A stretch of DNA of 64,000 bases from Gammaproteobacteria bacterium. Lineage in GTDB: Bacteria; Pseudomonadota; Gammaproteobacteria; Eutrophobiales; Eutrophobiaceae. The stretch lies in the NCBI GenBank assembly GCA_965222155.1, contig CBDCTH010000012.1, positions 2,400,001 to 2,464,000 of the forward strand, in the 5' to 3' direction. The stretch's first letter is position 1; the number at the start of each line of letters is the position of its first letter. Shown here piece by piece: positions 61,307 to 64,000 of the stretch. The translations under genes and the position numbers were made by a program. The notes below the pieces were generated by a model. The model made no database searches. It was not told the origin of the DNA and worked only from the letters and a program-made list of their open reading frames with translations.

Positions 61307-61612
61307 TCAGTCGCCATTGTCAAAATAATCAAGAATATCCATTTCCTTATGAGGAATACCGATTATATCTATCTCATTGTCACGGATTAGATAAAACACA
61401 AGATGGGAACCTTGCGGGAAACAAAAATATCCCTTGCAGATATCAGGGCGTTGTTTGCCCATACGAGGAAACTCAGCCAACCATGAAAAACGCTCATAGA
61501 GTCCAGCAATATAGCTGTCTGCCTGGGTTTCGCTCCATACTTCAGTGGTATAATTCCAAATACCGCGTAAATCTTCCCAGGCCCGGAAAGTGAGGTTAAA
61601 TGAATTTGCCAT
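61307..61612 (-). CDS. parE: ParE/RelE family toxin
   Basis: AWEDLRGIWNYT..WSETQADSY, GSHLVFY and IIGIPHKEMD. Confidence 0.88.
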   Translation of the reverse strand: MANSFNLTFRAWEDLRGIWNYTTEVWSETQADSYIAGLYERFSWLAEFPRMGKQRPDICKGYFCFPQGSHLVFYLIRDNEIDIIGIPHKEMDILDYFDNGD

Positions 61613-61856
61613 CCTGTTCTTCCCTGAACTCTCTCAGCATTTCATCAAGCGGTTCCGACACAAATTCACCGCGCTCGGCCTGAGCCGCGCCCTCGCCTAA
61701 ATGGGCGCGCAGGGCAGCCAACCTGGTCTTGCGTTCTTCCAGCGCTCTCAGAGCATCTCGAACCACTTCACTGGCGCTGCCATAGCGACCACTGGCAATT
61801 TCATTTTTTATGAACACTTCCCAATGTTCACCTAGACTGAGGCTCGTCGTTGCCAT
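61596..61856 (-). CDS. parD: ParD family antitoxin
   Basis: MATTSLSLGEHW...SGRYGSASEVVRDALR. Confidence 0.9.
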   Translation of the reverse strand: MATTSLSLGEHWEVFIKNEIASGRYGSASEVVRDALRALEERKTRLAALRAHLGEGAAQAERGEFVSEPLDEMLREFREEQDGKFI

Positions 61857-61948
61857 CTCGATACCTGATTTATTCACTTTGAATAATTATGAATATACCA
61901 CAGAATTTGATTACCCGCTCAAAATACCCTGAATTTGAGGCTATCTGA

Positions 61949-62155
61949 CAGGGCAAACGCATACGCTTATCCGGCGCGCTGAGGTGTCAGTTGCTTTTTG
62001 TGCCGCCAGCGGGCACGTGAGTGCATAAGGGGACGCACAAGGGGACGGATTTGAAATCCGTCCCCGGAGAGTCCGTCCCCGGAGAGATGTAAGGCGCACA
62101 TCACAAATCTGCCGGGAGCTGTTGAACAGTCGCGCCGCGCGAGCCTGGCCCCGAC
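61949..62155. repeat. Solitary ISAs1-like end plus REP-like palindromes
   Basis: CAGGGCAAACGCATAC (61949-61964) is identical to 44798-44813. GGGGACGGATTTGAAATCCGTCCCC at 62041-62065. Confidence 0.65.
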
Positions 62156-62237
62156 GGGGCAGGCAAAGTACAGGATATACTTTGTAAATCGGCTGTCCTG
62201 ACGATTTGTCAGCGCATCAATTGGTGAGATATACGGG

Positions 62238-64000
62238 TTAGCGGGCACTGCTGTCCTGTTCCCAACCGGGGCCGCGTCCCAGGGTATGCGGCCCGTGTAA
62301 CCCACGCGCCGGGGTCGCCAACCCCGCACCCCCCAGCCCGTAGCGCAGCCACAGCATGAGGCCATGGTCCGGGGACTCGAACATACCCTCCCGGCGCGCA
62401 CTCTCCAGACTCAGCGTCAGCGCGCGGCCCAGCTCGAACACCCCGCCCAACCGGTAACGTCGCCCGCCCCCGTCCACTACCAGGCCCCCATAAGGCGTGA
62501 GCAGACCGCCCCCGGCCGCCAGCCCATACCCCAACTCGGTCTCCCACCGCACCCCGCGGGACGGTGAGCCAGGCCCACTGCCCCCAACGTCCGAGCCCCG
62601 CGCCCAGAGCCGCTCAACAGCGCCGGCCCCGGCCTGGCCGCCAGCCAGGCCGTCCACCACGCCCCAACCCGGGCGCAGACTGAGCGACAGCCCGCGCCCG
62701 TCCGTCCCCGGCGTCAGCACCACCAGTCCCCCGACGCCCCATTCCTCGATGTCCCCTGCATGCGCCAGCAGCGCCCGGCCATAGCCTTCTACCCGCAGCC
62801 CCCGGGCCGGATCAAACCAGACCAGCCCGCCGCCCCACTCCAGCCCGCCGCCGGTCACGCCATCGCCGCCGTCATGGCGCAGCCCCAGCGCCACCGAAGG
62901 CGTCACGGTCCCGCCCCCGGCCAGGGGGTGGGCATGCGAGCCCTCCAGCGCCAGGCGCAGCCGCCACACGTCCGTCGCCAGCCCCTCAATCAACCCCGCC
63001 GCCTCCACCTCATAGCGCGAGCCCCACCACGCACCCTTGAGATTCAACACCGTCGCCCCGCCGGCAACCAGACTGTTGCCTGCAAACAGCCGCACCCGAC
63101 CACCCAGCGCCGCCGTGGCCTGCTCGCTGTCCGCGGCCTGCCGGCCCGCCTCAGCGTCCCGGAGCCGCACCTCGCCCACCCCATAACCCAGGGCGCCCCA
63201 CAGACCTAACTCGGCCCGGGGGTGCCAGCCCACGTAGGGGTAGACACTCAGCAGCCGGCTTTCATGGGCGCCCTCTATGGGCAGGTAGCCGGCCGCACCC
63301 CGGTCGGTGTAGTCAAACTCGCCCTTGGCCCAGGACAGCGCCAGACCCGCCAGCAGGTCGTCCCGGAGCCGGGCGTCCAGCCCCAGGCGGGCGCTCAACA
63401 CGGCGCCGTCCCAGTGCACCGGGTCAGCGGCCCCTGCCCGGTCGTCATCCCCCCCGGACAGGCGCCGGTAATCGCCCCCGCCCCACAGGGTGATAGTGTT
63501 CAGCCCCCCGGCGGGGGGGCCCTCGTCCAGGCGCAGGGCAAAGGACGAACGCCCCAGTACCTCTGCCCAGCGCCCCGCACGCAGGGCCTCAGCCTGCCCC
63601 CACAGCAGCCCCGCCAGAGTCTCGGCCGGCGGGGCTGTCGCTGCCCCGGCACTGTCAATGCGCCGCTCTACGGCGTCCAGGGTACCGGCCACCAGGGCCC
63701 GGGACAATGCCGGCAGAATGGCCCGGTTGACCCGCTTAAGCCGCGCCCGGGCCCGCGTATCGGTCTCCGCGGATACTTCGAGGACGACTGCCGTACTGAC
63801 GCGCAGCCCCGCCGTGTCACGGGCCACGACCGTGACGGGGTAGGCCGGGTGGGTCTCACGGTCCAGCACAACACCCTGCCTGAGAGACAGGGCGTGGCCG
63901 GCCACCTCGAACACTGCCGCCTGCTCACCCTCCAGGGTGAAGCGGTGTTGGTCCCCGGCGTCCGGGTCAGTGGCGGACAGCGTTGCCACCTGCACCGGGC
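62238..64000 (-). CDS. Autotransporter with a cadherin-like domain, 5' end outside the window
   Basis: LSATDPDAGD...LDRET...VVARD cadherin motif followed by a beta-barrel (LWGGGD...GLRHDGGD). Markedly GC-rich. Confidence 0.82.
   Translation of the reverse strand, partial: PVQVATLSATDPDAGDQHRFTLEGEQAAVFEVAGHALSLRQGVVLDRETHPAYPVTVVARDTAGLRVSTAVVLEVSAETDTRARARLKRVNRAILPALSRALVAGTLDAVERRIDSAGAATAPPAETLAGLLWGQAEALRAGRWAEVLGRSSFALRLDEGPPAGGLNTITLWGGGDYRRLSGGDDDRAGAADPVHWDGAVLSARLGLDARLRDDLLAGLALSWAKGEFDYTDRGAAGYLPIEGAHESRLLSVYPYVGWHPRAELGLWGALGYGVGEVRLRDAEAGRQAADSEQATAALGGRVRLFAGNSLVAGGATVLNLKGAWWGSRYEVEAAGLIEGLATDVWRLRLALEGSHAHPLAGGGTVTPSVALGLRHDGGDGVTGGGLEWGGGLVWFDPARGLRVEGYGRALLAHAGDIEEWGVGGLVVLTPGTDGRGLSLSLRPGWGVVDGLAGGQAGAGAVERLWARGSDVGGSGPGSPSRGVRWETELGYGLAAGGGLLTPYGGLVVDGGGRRYRLGGVFELGRALTLSLESARREGMFESPDHGLMLWLRYGLGGAGLATPARGLHGPHTLGRGPGWEQDSSAR

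Overview
This 64-kb bacterial window (probably a Gammaproteobacterium) mixes intact housekeeping and metabolic genes with a dense, partly decaying accessory fraction. Intact genes include mepA (partial), ipdC, a sulfatase, crcB, metK, an RND pump, bioA, ggt, a NodIJ-like ABC exporter, an aldehyde dehydrogenase, a flavin monooxygenase and two autotransporter-like proteins. Mobile DNA comprises six IS families (IS1182, IS5 remnant, IS21, ISAzo13, IS4, IS630), a Cre-like tyrosine recombinase and at least three MITE-like families, two with clear target-site duplications. There are four type II TA loci and two defence-like clusters. The first (18.2-26.2 kb) holds a HipA-like kinase with a partner gene, a mini GIY-YIG protein, HipBA, a TOTE-type primase-helicase and an AAA ATPase. 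The second (39.4-50.5 kb) holds a nuclease-STAND NLR-like protein, a type IIG-like RM gene, DUF2971, AbiV and a PIN TA pair. Many accessory genes carry single in-frame nonsense codons. The most unusual items are an IS630 whose inverted repeats enclose a divergent LexA-like HTH gene, a ParD/VapB chimeric antitoxin, MITEs carrying palindromic-repeat cargo, and the kinase-partner pair. I recognised no tRNA, rRNA or CRISPR array. Family calls come from motif recognition by eye; no database search was run.
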